64,000 nt of DNA from Clostridiales bacterium (GTDB taxonomy: Bacteria > Bacillota > Clostridia > HGM11327): contig SVGI01000001.1 of NCBI GenBank assembly GCA_015056385.1, positions 6,616 to 70,615 of the forward strand, in the 5' to 3' direction. The notes beneath the pieces were generated by a model that saw only the letters and a program-made list of their open reading frames with translations, was not told where the DNA came from and searched no databases. The translations under genes were made by a program, and so were the position numbers. Below are positions 50,273 to 59,668 of this stretch, one piece after another. Every line of letters starts with the position of its first letter. The first letter of the stretch is position 1.

Positions 50273-52975
50273 ATGAAAAAAATTGTATTTATTCTTGTAT
50301 GCGTAGCTATGCTCGTAGCGATGACGGTTCCTGTTTTTGCTGCAGACGTAACAGAGGCTGCATCGGCACAGGAGCTTAAGGATGCCTTGCAGGCAGGGGA
50401 AACGGTAAAGCTCACTGCGGATATAGACGTAGGTGAATTTACAGGCGCTTTTTTCTCCGTTCCCAAGAATACTTCAGCAAAGCTTGACCTTAACGGCTAC
50501 ACCGTAAAGGGTGCAAAAACCGGTACAAAAAACGGTGAGCTTATTAACGTTGGCTTCGGCGCCACTCTTGAGGTGAGCGACTCTGTGGGTACAGGTACCC
50601 TTGAGATTTCCTCCACGGAAGACGGCGCATGGGGCTGCTATACGGCTGTTATTGCTGTTAACGGCTCGTGCACCGTTAAGGGCGGAGCTGTTATTAACAA
50701 CGGCGGTACGTCAATGTCTTATGCTATTGACGTTCTTGCAAACAGTAGCGCTGCTCCAAGCCTTACGGTACAGGGCGGTCTTGTAAAGAGCCCCTATATT
50801 GCAGTAAGAGGCTTTGTAAACAATACAACCTCCGGCGTTCTTACAATAGGCGTTGAGGGCGGTATTATTGAAGGCGGCAACAGAGGCATCTGGATTCAGC
50901 AGCCCAACAGTAATCCGGGCAAAAACTTTGCGGCAGTTAACGTATCAGGCGGTATTGTAAACGGCGGCAAGGCTGCTATTGACCTTTATATGCTAACAAC
51001 TGCAGACGGCAACAACGCATCCCCCGAGGTAACTGCAAGCATTACAGGCGGAACTATTATAAACAATAACGCAAGCGTTCCCACAGTAGTTATCACAGGC
51101 GATTCCGTAACTATGCAGGCTCCCGTTTCTATTGCAAACGCTTCTGTTTACAATATAGCTCAGGGTGCAAACATCGGTGATACACGTACCTACGGTGATG
51201 GCGTATCTGCTCCCGCACAGTTTACACTTGGCAACGGTGTTACAATGAATACACAGCCCGAGAGCGGAATACTTGTTCAGGGCTCAGCTGCTCCTGCTAT
51301 AAGCAGTGAAAAGCCTGAAACAGGCGTTTACAGCGTAAATTCAACGGTAGAACATCTTGAATTTGAAGGCGCTCAAACAGCATACAACACTGTTGCATAC
51401 GAAGGAAAGCTCGTTCTTACAAACAGTGAGTATTATATTTTACCCAGCGTTATTACAGTTGAAGTGAACGGCTCCCAGATAACGGATTATACCTATGACA
51501 GCACAACAGGCATAATAGTTATTGATAAGGACGTAATAACAGGAGATATTCTCATTTCCGCAAAGGCAGTTGTAGTATATGGTGTAACAGCAGATATTGA
51601 GGGTATTGACTTTGAGGGTGATGAAAAAGCATACGGTAACAGCGATTATAGAGCAACTATTTCTCTTAATGCCGCTGAAGGCTATGCGCTTCCCGAAAGC
51701 ATTGTTATTAGGATAGGCGGGGAAGTGATAACGGGCCATTACAGCTATAACCCTGCAACAGGTGAAATCCAAATAGATGCAGAGATTATTGAGGGTGATA
51801 TAGTTATTGTTGCAAAGGCAGAATTAGAAAAATATACAGTAACATGGGTAGATGAAAACGGCGGCGTTGTAGATACCGAAACAGTAGAATACGGTAAGGA
51901 TGCAACAAAGGCCCCCACAGTTCCCGCAAAGGAAGGCTACACAGGCGAGTGGGATAAGGTGGCAACACAGGTTAAGGGTGATATCACTATCGAGCCTGTA
52001 TATACAGTAAAAACATTCACAGTAACCTGGGTAGACGAAAACGGCGGCGTTGTAGATACCGAAACAGTAGAATACGGCAAGGATGCAACAAAGACTCCCG
52101 CAGTTCCCGCAAAGGAAGGCTTCACAGGTAAGTGGGATGTAAGCGCAACAGACGTAAAGTCAGACGTTACCGTTACAGCTGTTTACACAGAAAATATCGT
52201 TGTTGACGATAAGGGCTCCGCAACTATCCCCGACAGCATTGTTGACGTTGAAGAGGGTAAGGATATAGTAATCGAGGTTGTTATTCCCCCTGTTGACGAC
52301 AACACAGGCTCCGGCGACAACACAGGCTCCGGCGACAACACAGGTTCAGGCGATAACACAGGCTCACAGGAGCCCACAACACCCGTTGAGCCTCCCAAGG
52401 TAGAAAGCGTTGTAATCGGCTCTGCAACAGTAGAGAAGATAACAGAGGCTGAGGTTAAGGTTGAAATCAAGCTTCCCGAAATCACAGTTTCCTTTGATAA
52501 GGACGCTATCGGCTCTATCGGCGAGCAGTCCCAGAGCAAGGACGTTACTATCGTTGCAACACAGATAGAAAAGGAAGAGCTTAACGAGGAGCAGCAGACT
52601 GTTCTTGAGGAGAAAGATGTTCACCTCGTATTGAAGCTTGAGGTTCATGCAGAGGACGAAAAAATCACCGAGTTCGGCGGCGGCACTGTAACAATCAGCG
52701 TGCCCTTCGAGGTTCCCGAGGGCAAGGAGGCTTCTGAATTTACAGTTGCCTACATCGCAGACGACGGTACTGTTACAATAATGCCTACAACATTTGATAA
52801 CGGTGTATTGAGCTTCGAAACAACTCACTTCTCCAAGTACGTTGTATTGGAAACGGCTGCTATTAACAGCCCCATAACAGGCGACAGCACAATGATTTAT
52901 GCAGTAATTGCTATGCTTGTTGCTTCAGCGGCAGCACTTGTAGTTGCAACAATAAGCAAAAAGCGTTGCATGTAA
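50273..52975 (+). CDS. Cell-wall-anchored surface protein: signal peptide, parallel beta-helix (pectate-lyase-like) region, two Listeria-Bacteroides (Flg_new) repeats, DNTGSG linker, Ig-like region, (S/P)PxTG sorting signal
   Basis: ORF 50186..52975; start placed at MKKIVFILV (signal peptide ending AADVT). Repeated GG(I/A)(V/I)NNGG and GGIIEGGNRGI beta-helix rungs. Two 60-aa Y(T)VTWVDENGGVVDTETVEYGKDATK.P.VPAKEG(Y/F)TG.WD repeats. C-terminus SPITGDSTM, TM helix, then KKRCM. Confidence 0.85.
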   Translation: MKKIVFILVCVAMLVAMTVPVFAADVTEAASAQELKDALQAGETVKLTADIDVGEFTGAFFSVPKNTSAKLDLNGYTVKGAKTGTKNGELINVGFGATLEVSDSVGTGTLEISSTEDGAWGCYTAVIAVNGSCTVKGGAVINNGGTSMSYAIDVLANSSAAPSLTVQGGLVKSPYIAVRGFVNNTTSGVLTIGVEGGIIEGGNRGIWIQQPNSNPGKNFAAVNVSGGIVNGGKAAIDLYMLTTADGNNASPEVTASITGGTIINNNASVPTVVITGDSVTMQAPVSIANASVYNIAQGANIGDTRTYGDGVSAPAQFTLGNGVTMNTQPESGILVQGSAAPAISSEKPETGVYSVNSTVEHLEFEGAQTAYNTVAYEGKLVLTNSEYYILPSVITVEVNGSQITDYTYDSTTGIIVIDKDVITGDILISAKAVVVYGVTADIEGIDFEGDEKAYGNSDYRATISLNAAEGYALPESIVIRIGGEVITGHYSYNPATGEIQIDAEIIEGDIVIVAKAELEKYTVTWVDENGGVVDTETVEYGKDATKAPTVPAKEGYTGEWDKVATQVKGDITIEPVYTVKTFTVTWVDENGGVVDTETVEYGKDATKTPAVPAKEGFTGKWDVSATDVKSDVTVTAVYTENIVVDDKGSATIPDSIVDVEEGKDIVIEVVIPPVDDNTGSGDNTGSGDNTGSGDNTGSQEPTTPVEPPKVESVVIGSATVEKITEAEVKVEIKLPEITVSFDKDAIGSIGEQSQSKDVTIVATQIEKEELNEEQQTVLEEKDVHLVLKLEVHAEDEKITEFGGGTVTISVPFEVPEGKEASEFTVAYIADDGTVTIMPTTFDNGVLSFETTHFSKYVVLETAAINSPITGDSTMIYAVIAMLVASAAALVVATISKKRCM
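51826..52190 (+). repeat. Two near-identical tandem ~180-bp repeats encoding the Flg_new domains
   Basis: acagtaacatgggtagatgaaaacggcggcgttgtagataccgaaacagtagaatacgg... recurs 180 bp later with a few substitutions. Confidence 0.8.
52298..52366 (+). repeat. 18-bp tandem repeat (gacaacacaggctccggc x3.8) encoding (DNTGSG)n
   Basis: Seen directly in the sequence inside the surface-protein gene. Confidence 0.9.
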
Positions 52976-52995
52976 TAAAAAACACGTTAATTAAA

Positions 52996-53027
52996 GGCGG
53001 CTCCGTATAAACGGAGCCGTTTTTTTA
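52996..53027 (+). terminator. Rho-independent terminator after the surface-protein gene
   Basis: ggctccgt-ataa-acggagcc followed by T7. Confidence 0.7.
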
Positions 53028-53212
53028 TGCTTTTGATTTGTTTTTATTAAAAAAAGCAAAAAAAACCGTAGAAATAAATCCGAAAATGTTATATAATATA
53101 AAAAGGGAAAAATGGTTTTCTCACGAATATATCAGCGGGGTGTGTACTGATGCGCGCCTACGTTGAAAAATTATTTCGGAAATATGCGAACTTGGAGGTT
53201 TGAACAAGTAGT

Positions 53213-54640
53213 ATGGATAGAAAAAAAGCTTTGGAAAGGCTTAACTGCCCCACAAAAAGCGAGGCTAACAAGGTTGCCCTTTCACGCATAAACGCCGTTG
53301 TAGATGCAGATTCTTTTGTAGAAACTGCTGCGGCAAAGTGTAGTGAATGGGGCGTTGAAAGCGTTGTTACAGGCTATGCCACAGTAAACGGTCTTCCTGT
53401 GTGTGTTTACGCAGAGGATTTTGCAAACAACGGCGCAGCTATGAATATGAGCCATGCACGTAAGATTATTGCTCTTCTTGATATGGCTGTATCAGGCGGT
53501 ATGCCCGTTGTTATTATCCCCGATTCTCTGGGTGGTGAGCTTTGCCGCGGCGCAGAGCTTATAGAGGCTTACGCAGCAGTTTCTGCCAAGCTTGCAGCTC
53601 TTTCAGGGGTTGTTCCCGTTATATCAATGGTAATGGGCAAGCTTTACGGCCTTTCTGCAGTATTGGCACTTACAGCAGATATCGTTATTGCCCGTAAGGA
53701 TGCAAGAATCGCTATGATGAGCGACGCTGCTCTCGGTCTTACAGGCGCCAAGGGTGTAGATGAAATCGATTGCAAAAACGGCTACGTTTCAATCTCCTGC
53801 GAGGATGACGACGAATGCGCAAACGCTCTTCGCAATCTTATAACGATTATGCCCTCAAACAATCTTTCACCTGCCTTCGAAATCGAAACGGACGACGACC
53901 ACAGCAGATACTGCCCCGAGCTTGACGCTATTGCAGCAGGGGATGGCAATTATGATCCCACAGACGTTGTTAAGGCTCTTGCAGACGAGGGTACATATAT
54001 CGAGCTTAAGGCAGATTTCGCAAAGAATATCAAAACATACCTTGCGCTCGTTGGCTCTAAAACAGTCGGCGTTGTTGCAACAGCTCCCAACGCTAACGTT
54101 TGCGCACGCTGTGCAGGCAAGGCAGAGGCATTCGTTAAGTTCTGCGATGCATACTCAATCCCCGTTATCACTCTTGTAGATACAAAGGGCTTTGTAGTAT
54201 CCAAGGAAGAGGATGAAAAGGGCGCGCTTATGGCACAGGCAAGGCTTATGGCAACATACGCAAATGCAACAACTCTTAAGATTGCTCTTATCACAGGTGT
54301 TGCCACAGGTGCTGCATACGCTGCATTCGGCTCAAAGGCATTGGGCGTTGATATGGCTTATGCATGGGGCAACGCAGTTATTTCACCTCTTGCAATTCCC
54401 GCCGCTCTTGACGTTTTCTACAAGGACGAGCTTATAAACGCAAAGAATTCACCCGCAATGCTTTCTGCATTGGAGGATAAATATATTGCCGAATACGCCG
54501 GCGCAGATTCTGCAGCGGCATGCGGCGCAATAGACAGCGTTATTATTCCCGGCGAATCACGTAAATACATCACTTACGCACTTGAAATGCTTGAGGCAAA
54601 GAGAGTTGCATCCATTTCACGTAAGCACTCTTCACTTTAA
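53213..54640 (+). CDS. Acyl-CoA carboxyltransferase (12S-type; MmdA/GcdA/PccB family), divergent and short
   Basis: Two carboxyltransferase half-domains (VVTGYATVNGLPVCVYAEDF..., ...VITLVDTKGFVVSKEED...) aligning with methylmalonyl-CoA carboxyltransferase / propionyl-CoA carboxylase beta. Confidence 0.8.
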   Translation: MDRKKALERLNCPTKSEANKVALSRINAVVDADSFVETAAAKCSEWGVESVVTGYATVNGLPVCVYAEDFANNGAAMNMSHARKIIALLDMAVSGGMPVVIIPDSLGGELCRGAELIEAYAAVSAKLAALSGVVPVISMVMGKLYGLSAVLALTADIVIARKDARIAMMSDAALGLTGAKGVDEIDCKNGYVSISCEDDDECANALRNLITIMPSNNLSPAFEIETDDDHSRYCPELDAIAAGDGNYDPTDVVKALADEGTYIELKADFAKNIKTYLALVGSKTVGVVATAPNANVCARCAGKAEAFVKFCDAYSIPVITLVDTKGFVVSKEEDEKGALMAQARLMATYANATTLKIALITGVATGAAYAAFGSKALGVDMAYAWGNAVISPLAIPAALDVFYKDELINAKNSPAMLSALEDKYIAEYAGADSAAACGAIDSVIIPGESRKYITYALEMLEAKRVASISRKHSSL

Positions 54641-54659
54641 TGAAAGTTGGTAAAGAGAA

Positions 54660-55040
54660 ATGCTTAATTATCTGAAGGTATTTGTTGTAGGCTTCGGAAT
54701 GGTTTTTGTAATATTGGTGCTTCTCATTGGCGTATTGGCAATAATGCGTCTGATGATGGGAATCAAAACACCTAAGGCAAAGGCCGAGCCCAAGCCGAAA
54801 AAGGAAGTAAATGTCGCACGTGAGGCTACACCGGCGCCCACTCCCGTGGCGGTATCAGGTGAGGATGATGAAATAGCCGCAGTTATTTCAGCCGTTCTTA
54901 TGATGCTTTCCGCAGAGGGCGAGGCAACAGGCAAAAAGCTGGTGCTTAAAAGCATAAAGGCCTGCGACACAGTTAAAACAGTAAGAAGAAGATCTGCATG
55001 GGGCGATATGGCGCGCCGTGAGCAAATGAATAATTTTTGA
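54660..55040 (+). CDS. OadG-family small membrane subunit of Na+-translocating decarboxylase
   Basis: N-terminal TM followed by Ala/Pro/Lys-rich linker; OadG/MmdD-like position between the carboxyltransferase and BCCP genes. Confidence 0.7.
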   Translation: MLNYLKVFVVGFGMVFVILVLLIGVLAIMRLMMGIKTPKAKAEPKPKKEVNVAREATPAPTPVAVSGEDDEIAAVISAVLMMLSAEGEATGKKLVLKSIKACDTVKTVRRRSAWGDMARREQMNNF

Positions 55041-55073
55041 TGAATTTGATACACTCGAAAGGATATTGTTGAT

Positions 55074-55448
55074 ATGAGAAAGTTTATGATAAAAATCAAC
55101 GGAAAAGCATACGAAGTAGAAGCAGAAGAAATCGGCGGCGTAGCATCAGCTCCCGTAGCAGCACCCGCACCTGCAGCAGCTCCTGCACCTGCAGCAGCAC
55201 CCGCTCCCGCAGCAGCACCCGCAGGCGCACAGGGCGCAGTTGTTGTAAGCGCACCTATGCCCGGAACAATTCTTGCAGTTAACGTAAAGCCCGGCGACAA
55301 CGTTAAGAAGGGCACAGTTATGTTCATTCTTGAAGCTATGAAAATGGAAAACGAAATCCTTGCTCCCGACGATGCAGTTGTTGCAACTGTTGGTGTAACA
55401 AAGGGCGCAAGCGTCAACACAGGAGATCTCCTGATTTCTCTTAACTGA
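55074..55448 (+). CDS. Biotin carboxyl carrier protein (biotinyl/lipoyl domain)
   Basis: Ala/Pro-rich linker and EAMKMENEI biotinylation motif. Confidence 0.85.
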   Translation: MRKFMIKINGKAYEVEAEEIGGVASAPVAAPAPAAAPAPAAAPAPAAAPAGAQGAVVVSAPMPGTILAVNVKPGDNVKKGTVMFILEAMKMENEILAPDDAVVATVGVTKGASVNTGDLLISLN

Positions 55449-55485
55449 TAATGAGTCAAGCTTAAGAAAGGCATGGTTTTTATAA

Positions 55486-56676
55486 ATGGATAAACCTTTA
55501 CTTGAAGTATTGCTTGACTTCTGGCAGAGTACAGGTATTGCCAACGTATTTGCAACTCCCGATTCATGGAAAAATCTTATAATGATTCTTGTTGCATGCG
55601 TTTTGCTCTACTTGGGAATCAAGCGTAAATTTGAGCCTCTTCTCCTCGTTCCTATTGCGTTCGGTATGCTTCTTACAAACCTTCCCGGCGCAGGAATGTT
55701 CCACGAGGAGCTTTTCGCAGGCGGCCACGTGCATTGGGACGGCTTTACCGAAGCGGCAGGCCTTGTTGACTATCTTTACCTCGGCGTAAAGCTTGGCATT
55801 TATCCTCCCCTTATATTCCTGGGTGTAGGCGCTATGACAGACTTTGGCCCCCTTCTTGCTAACCCCAAGAGCCTTCTTTTGGGTGCGGCGGCACAGCTTG
55901 GTATATTTGCGGCATTCTTCCTTGCACTTGGTATATTCGGCTTTGACCCTGCAGAGGCAGGCGCTATAGGTATTATCGGCGGTGCAGACGGCCCCACGGC
56001 TATTTTCTGCGCAAGCAAGCTTGCTCCCCATCTTTTAGGACCGATAGCTGTTGCAGCTTATTCATACATGGCGCTTATCCCTGTTATTCAGCCCCCTATT
56101 ATGAGAGCTCTTACAACAAAGAAGGAGCGCGTTATAAAGATGACACAGCTCCGCACTGTAAGCAAAACAGAAAAGATAATATTCCCCATAGTTGTTACTA
56201 TCGTTACAGCATTGCTCCTGCCCTCAGCAGCAACGCTCGTAGGTATGCTTATGCTCGGTAACCTCTTTAAGGAGTGCCTCGTAACAGACCGTCTTAGCGA
56301 CACTGCACAGAACGCACTTATGAACATCGTTACAATTCTTCTCGGTGTTTCCGTTGGTGCTACTGCAACAGGCTCATCATTCCTTAACGTAAGCACTATC
56401 GGAATTATCGCTCTTGGTCTTCTTGCATTCATGTTCTCAACAGCAGGCGGTGTTCTTCTCGGTAAGCTTATGTGCAAGCTCACAGGCGGCAAGGTTAACC
56501 CCCTTATCGGCGCGGCAGGCGTTTCTGCAGTTCCTATGGCGGCACGTGTTGCACAGAAGGTCGGTCAGGAGGAGGATCCCTCCAACTTCCTTCTCATGCA
56601 CGCAATGGGCCCCAACGTTGCAGGCGTTATCGGTTCTGCTATTGCAGCAGGCGTATTCCTCTCACTCTTCGGTTAA
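55486..56676 (+). CDS. Na+-transporting decarboxylase beta subunit (OadB/GcdB/MmdB family)
   Basis: 396-aa polytopic membrane protein with OadB-family sequence throughout. Confidence 0.9.
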   Translation: MDKPLLEVLLDFWQSTGIANVFATPDSWKNLIMILVACVLLYLGIKRKFEPLLLVPIAFGMLLTNLPGAGMFHEELFAGGHVHWDGFTEAAGLVDYLYLGVKLGIYPPLIFLGVGAMTDFGPLLANPKSLLLGAAAQLGIFAAFFLALGIFGFDPAEAGAIGIIGGADGPTAIFCASKLAPHLLGPIAVAAYSYMALIPVIQPPIMRALTTKKERVIKMTQLRTVSKTEKIIFPIVVTIVTALLLPSAATLVGMLMLGNLFKECLVTDRLSDTAQNALMNIVTILLGVSVGATATGSSFLNVSTIGIIALGLLAFMFSTAGGVLLGKLMCKLTGGKVNPLIGAAGVSAVPMAARVAQKVGQEEDPSNFLLMHAMGPNVAGVIGSAIAAGVFLSLFG

Positions 56677-56705
56677 TGGGGAATATCTTTTAGAAAGGAA
56701 AAATT

Positions 56706-58106
56706 ATGGCTAAAATACATATTACAGATACTATTTTGCGCGACGCTCATCAGTCCCTGGCTGCAACACGTATGCGCATTGAAGATATGCTTCCTATGGC
56801 TGAAAAGCTCGATAAGGTTGGATATTGGTCTCTTGAGGCATGGGGCGGCGCAACATTCGATTCCTGCCTCCGCTTCCTCAACGAGGATCCCTGGGTAAGG
56901 CTCCGCAAGCTTAAGGAGGCTCTCCCCAACACAAAAATTCAGATGCTTTTGAGAGGTCAGAATCTTTTGGGCTACAAGCATTACGCAGACGACGTTGTAG
57001 ACCTCTTTATAAAGAAGGCCCACGAAAACGGCGTTGAGGTTTTCAGAATTTTCGACGCGCTTAACGATTTAAGAAATATCGAGCAGTCTGTTAAGTCTGT
57101 TAAGAAGCACGGCGGTATAGTTGAGGCTTGCTTCAGCTACACCACAAGCCCCATCCATACAAACGAATACTTCGTTAATATGGCTATTGAAATGGAAAAA
57201 ATGGGCGCAGATACTATCTGCATCAAGGATATGGCTAACCTCCTTCTTCCTTATACCGCATACGAGCTTGTCCGTCAGCTTAAGCAGGCAGTAAATCTTC
57301 CCATCCATGTTCATACGCATAACACCTCAGGTACAGGCGAAATGATCTACCTTAAGGCTATCGAGGCAGGTGCTGATATTGTTGATACAGCTCTTTCCTC
57401 AATGGCAAACGGTACCTCCCAGCCTGCAACGGAGCCCCTTGTTGCAACTCTTGCGGGAACAGAGTACGATACAGGCCTTGACCTTGGTCTTATTACGGAG
57501 ATTTCCGAATATTTCAAGAAGGTTGCAGCAGAGCTTAAGGATGAAGGCTTCCTTAAGGATAAGGCAAAGGAACTGGATATCCGCGCTCTTCAGTATCAGG
57601 TTCCCGGCGGCATGCTTTCAAACCTTATGTCCCAGCTTGAGCAGCAGAAGGCAAGTGATAAGTATTACGAGGTTCTCGAGGAGGTTCCCCGTGTACGTGC
57701 AGACTTCGGCTATCCCCCTCTCGTAACTCCCTCCAGCCAGATAGTTGGAACACAGGCTGTTCTTAACGTTCTCGCAGGGGAAAGATACAAGATAGTTACC
57801 AACGAATCAAAGGGTATGCTTAAGGGCGAATACGGTAAGCTTCCAGGTGATGTTGACCCCGAGCTTCGCAAGAAGATAATCGGTGATGCACCTGTTATTG
57901 AGCACCGCCCCGCAGATACAATAGCCCCCGAGCTTGATAAGTACCGCGAGGAAGCCAAGGAATATGCAAAGTGTGATGAGGACGTTCTTTCATGGGCGCT
58001 CTTCCCCCAGGTTGCAGAAAAGTTCTTCAAGGCACGTAAGGCCGAGGAGCTTAAGCTGGATGAAAATATTCTGGACAGAGAAAAAAATATTCATCCCGTT
58101 GTTTGA
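56706..58106 (+). CDS. Oxaloacetate decarboxylase alpha / pyruvate carboxylase subunit B-like 5S carboxyltransferase, lacking a biotinyl domain
   Basis: HMGL-like TIM barrel (ITDTILRDAHQSL...), 466 aa, ending without an AMKM biotin domain. Confidence 0.85.
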   Translation: MAKIHITDTILRDAHQSLAATRMRIEDMLPMAEKLDKVGYWSLEAWGGATFDSCLRFLNEDPWVRLRKLKEALPNTKIQMLLRGQNLLGYKHYADDVVDLFIKKAHENGVEVFRIFDALNDLRNIEQSVKSVKKHGGIVEACFSYTTSPIHTNEYFVNMAIEMEKMGADTICIKDMANLLLPYTAYELVRQLKQAVNLPIHVHTHNTSGTGEMIYLKAIEAGADIVDTALSSMANGTSQPATEPLVATLAGTEYDTGLDLGLITEISEYFKKVAAELKDEGFLKDKAKELDIRALQYQVPGGMLSNLMSQLEQQKASDKYYEVLEEVPRVRADFGYPPLVTPSSQIVGTQAVLNVLAGERYKIVTNESKGMLKGEYGKLPGDVDPELRKKIIGDAPVIEHRPADTIAPELDKYREEAKEYAKCDEDVLSWALFPQVAEKFFKARKAEELKLDENILDREKNIHPVV

Positions 58107-58315
58107 AAAATAATTTTACATAAGGTCCGAGATTAAACCCTCGGGCCTTGTTTTTTCACTGAAAAACAGTATTTTCTGTGTTTTTTGGCATATAATAATA
58201 TTTAAAAAAATAACGTACACTTTTTATCTAAATATGATATAATAAACATCAAAATAAATAATGGCTTTATAGTGGGTTTTGTGTATAAACGCCTGAATGA
58301 AAGGAAGGTCTTACT

Positions 58316-59341
58316 GTGTTTGGACTTACAAAGGGTATCGGCATAGACTTAGGTACAGCAACAACTCTGGTATATCTTAAGGGAAAGGGTATCGTAATGT
58401 CGGAGCCGGCAGTTATCGCCGTGGACAAGAACTCAAAAGAGGTAGTTGCCATAGGTGAGGATGCCCAAAAAATGCTTGGAAGAACTCCCGGACACATTCT
58501 TGCAATCAGGCCCTTGAGGGACGGCGTTATTTCAGACTATGAAATGACAGAGCTTATGCTGCGCAAATATCTCCAGAGCATAAAGCGCCACGGCTTAAAC
58601 TTCCTTTACAGATTTAACGTGGTTGTCTGCGTGCCCAGCGGCGTTACCCAGGTGGAAAAGAGAGCCGTTATAGAGGCAATAAGCAGTACAGGCGCAAGGC
58701 GTATAGAGCTTATAGAGGAGCCTGTTGCGGCGGCTATCGGCGCAGGGCTTGACGTTTCACAGCCCTACGGCAATATGGTGGTTGATATAGGCGGCGGCAC
58801 AACAGATATAGCCGTTATATCCCTTGGCGGGCCTGTAACGTCTGCATCCATTAAGGTTGCGGGGGATAAGTTCGACGAGGCCATAATTAAATTCATCCGG
58901 AAAAAGTACAATATGCAGATAGGTGAAAGAACTGCCGAGCAGGTAAAGATACTTATCGGTGAGGCATTTAAGGGTAATGAGCGCAGGGAAACCGAGGTTA
59001 CCGGACGGGACCTTGTCTCCGGCCTTCCCATGACTATTACGGTAGGGTCAGATGAAATAAGGGAGGCCCTTGAGGAGCCTATTACACTTATTTCAGATGC
59101 AGTACGCGATGTTCTTGAGCGTACTCCCCCGGAGCTTGCAGTTGATATCGGCGAGGCAGGTATAATTATGACAGGTGGCGGCTCACTTCTCCACGGACTT
59201 GACCAGCACATAGCCGAAATTACACACCTTCCCGTAAAAATAGCCGAAAACGCTGTAGAATGCGTTGCGCTGGGAACAGGTAAGGTGCTTGAAATGATAT
59301 CTCAGTACGAGGATTCTCTTTTCGACGGATCCTCATACTGA
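58316..59341 (+). CDS. mreB: Rod-shape-determining actin homolog MreB/Mbl
   Basis: Actin-fold phosphate-1/2 motifs (GIDLGTATTLVY, DIGGGTTDIAV). Confidence 0.9.
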   Translation: MFGLTKGIGIDLGTATTLVYLKGKGIVMSEPAVIAVDKNSKEVVAIGEDAQKMLGRTPGHILAIRPLRDGVISDYEMTELMLRKYLQSIKRHGLNFLYRFNVVVCVPSGVTQVEKRAVIEAISSTGARRIELIEEPVAAAIGAGLDVSQPYGNMVVDIGGGTTDIAVISLGGPVTSASIKVAGDKFDEAIIKFIRKKYNMQIGERTAEQVKILIGEAFKGNERRETEVTGRDLVSGLPMTITVGSDEIREALEEPITLISDAVRDVLERTPPELAVDIGEAGIIMTGGGSLLHGLDQHIAEITHLPVKIAENAVECVALGTGKVLEMISQYEDSLFDGSSY

Positions 59342-59394
59342 TCATAATATAGGATATAACCGCACTTATATACAATGTTTTACATGAGGGACTT

Positions 59395-59658
59395 ATGATA
59401 GAACGAAGCTTTACAGTAGAAAATGAAAGAGGCATAGGGGCAAGGGAAGCAGTTATGCTTGCCAATACTGCCTCCAGCTTTTCCTGTGAGATAATGATAT
59501 CCTCCGGGAAGATGACAGGCAACGCAAAAAGCCTCCTTTCCATATTGATGCTCGGTGTAAAATGTGGAGAGGCAGTATCTATAAAGATAATAGGTGCGGA
59601 TGAAGTACAGGCGTCAATAGCTGTGGCACAGCTGTTGACAAGCGGATTTTCCGAGTAA
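59395..59658 (+). CDS. HPr-like phosphocarrier-family protein with Gly at the His15 position
   Basis: HPr fold. The GLHARPA active-site segment reads GIGAREA, so the catalytic His is replaced by Gly. The Ser46 region (GNAKSLLSIL) is retained. Confidence 0.8.
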   Translation: MIERSFTVENERGIGAREAVMLANTASSFSCEIMISSGKMTGNAKSLLSILMLGVKCGEAVSIKIIGADEVQASIAVAQLLTSGFSE

Positions 59659-59668
59659 GCCTATCTTA

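Noticed and set aside
54668-55567. 299-aa minus-strand ORF overlapping the OadG and BCCP genes
   Set aside because: It is the antisense of the Ala/Pro-rich linker-coding DNA (GCNGCN repeats). The forward genes have clear domain motifs (AMKM) and operon context.
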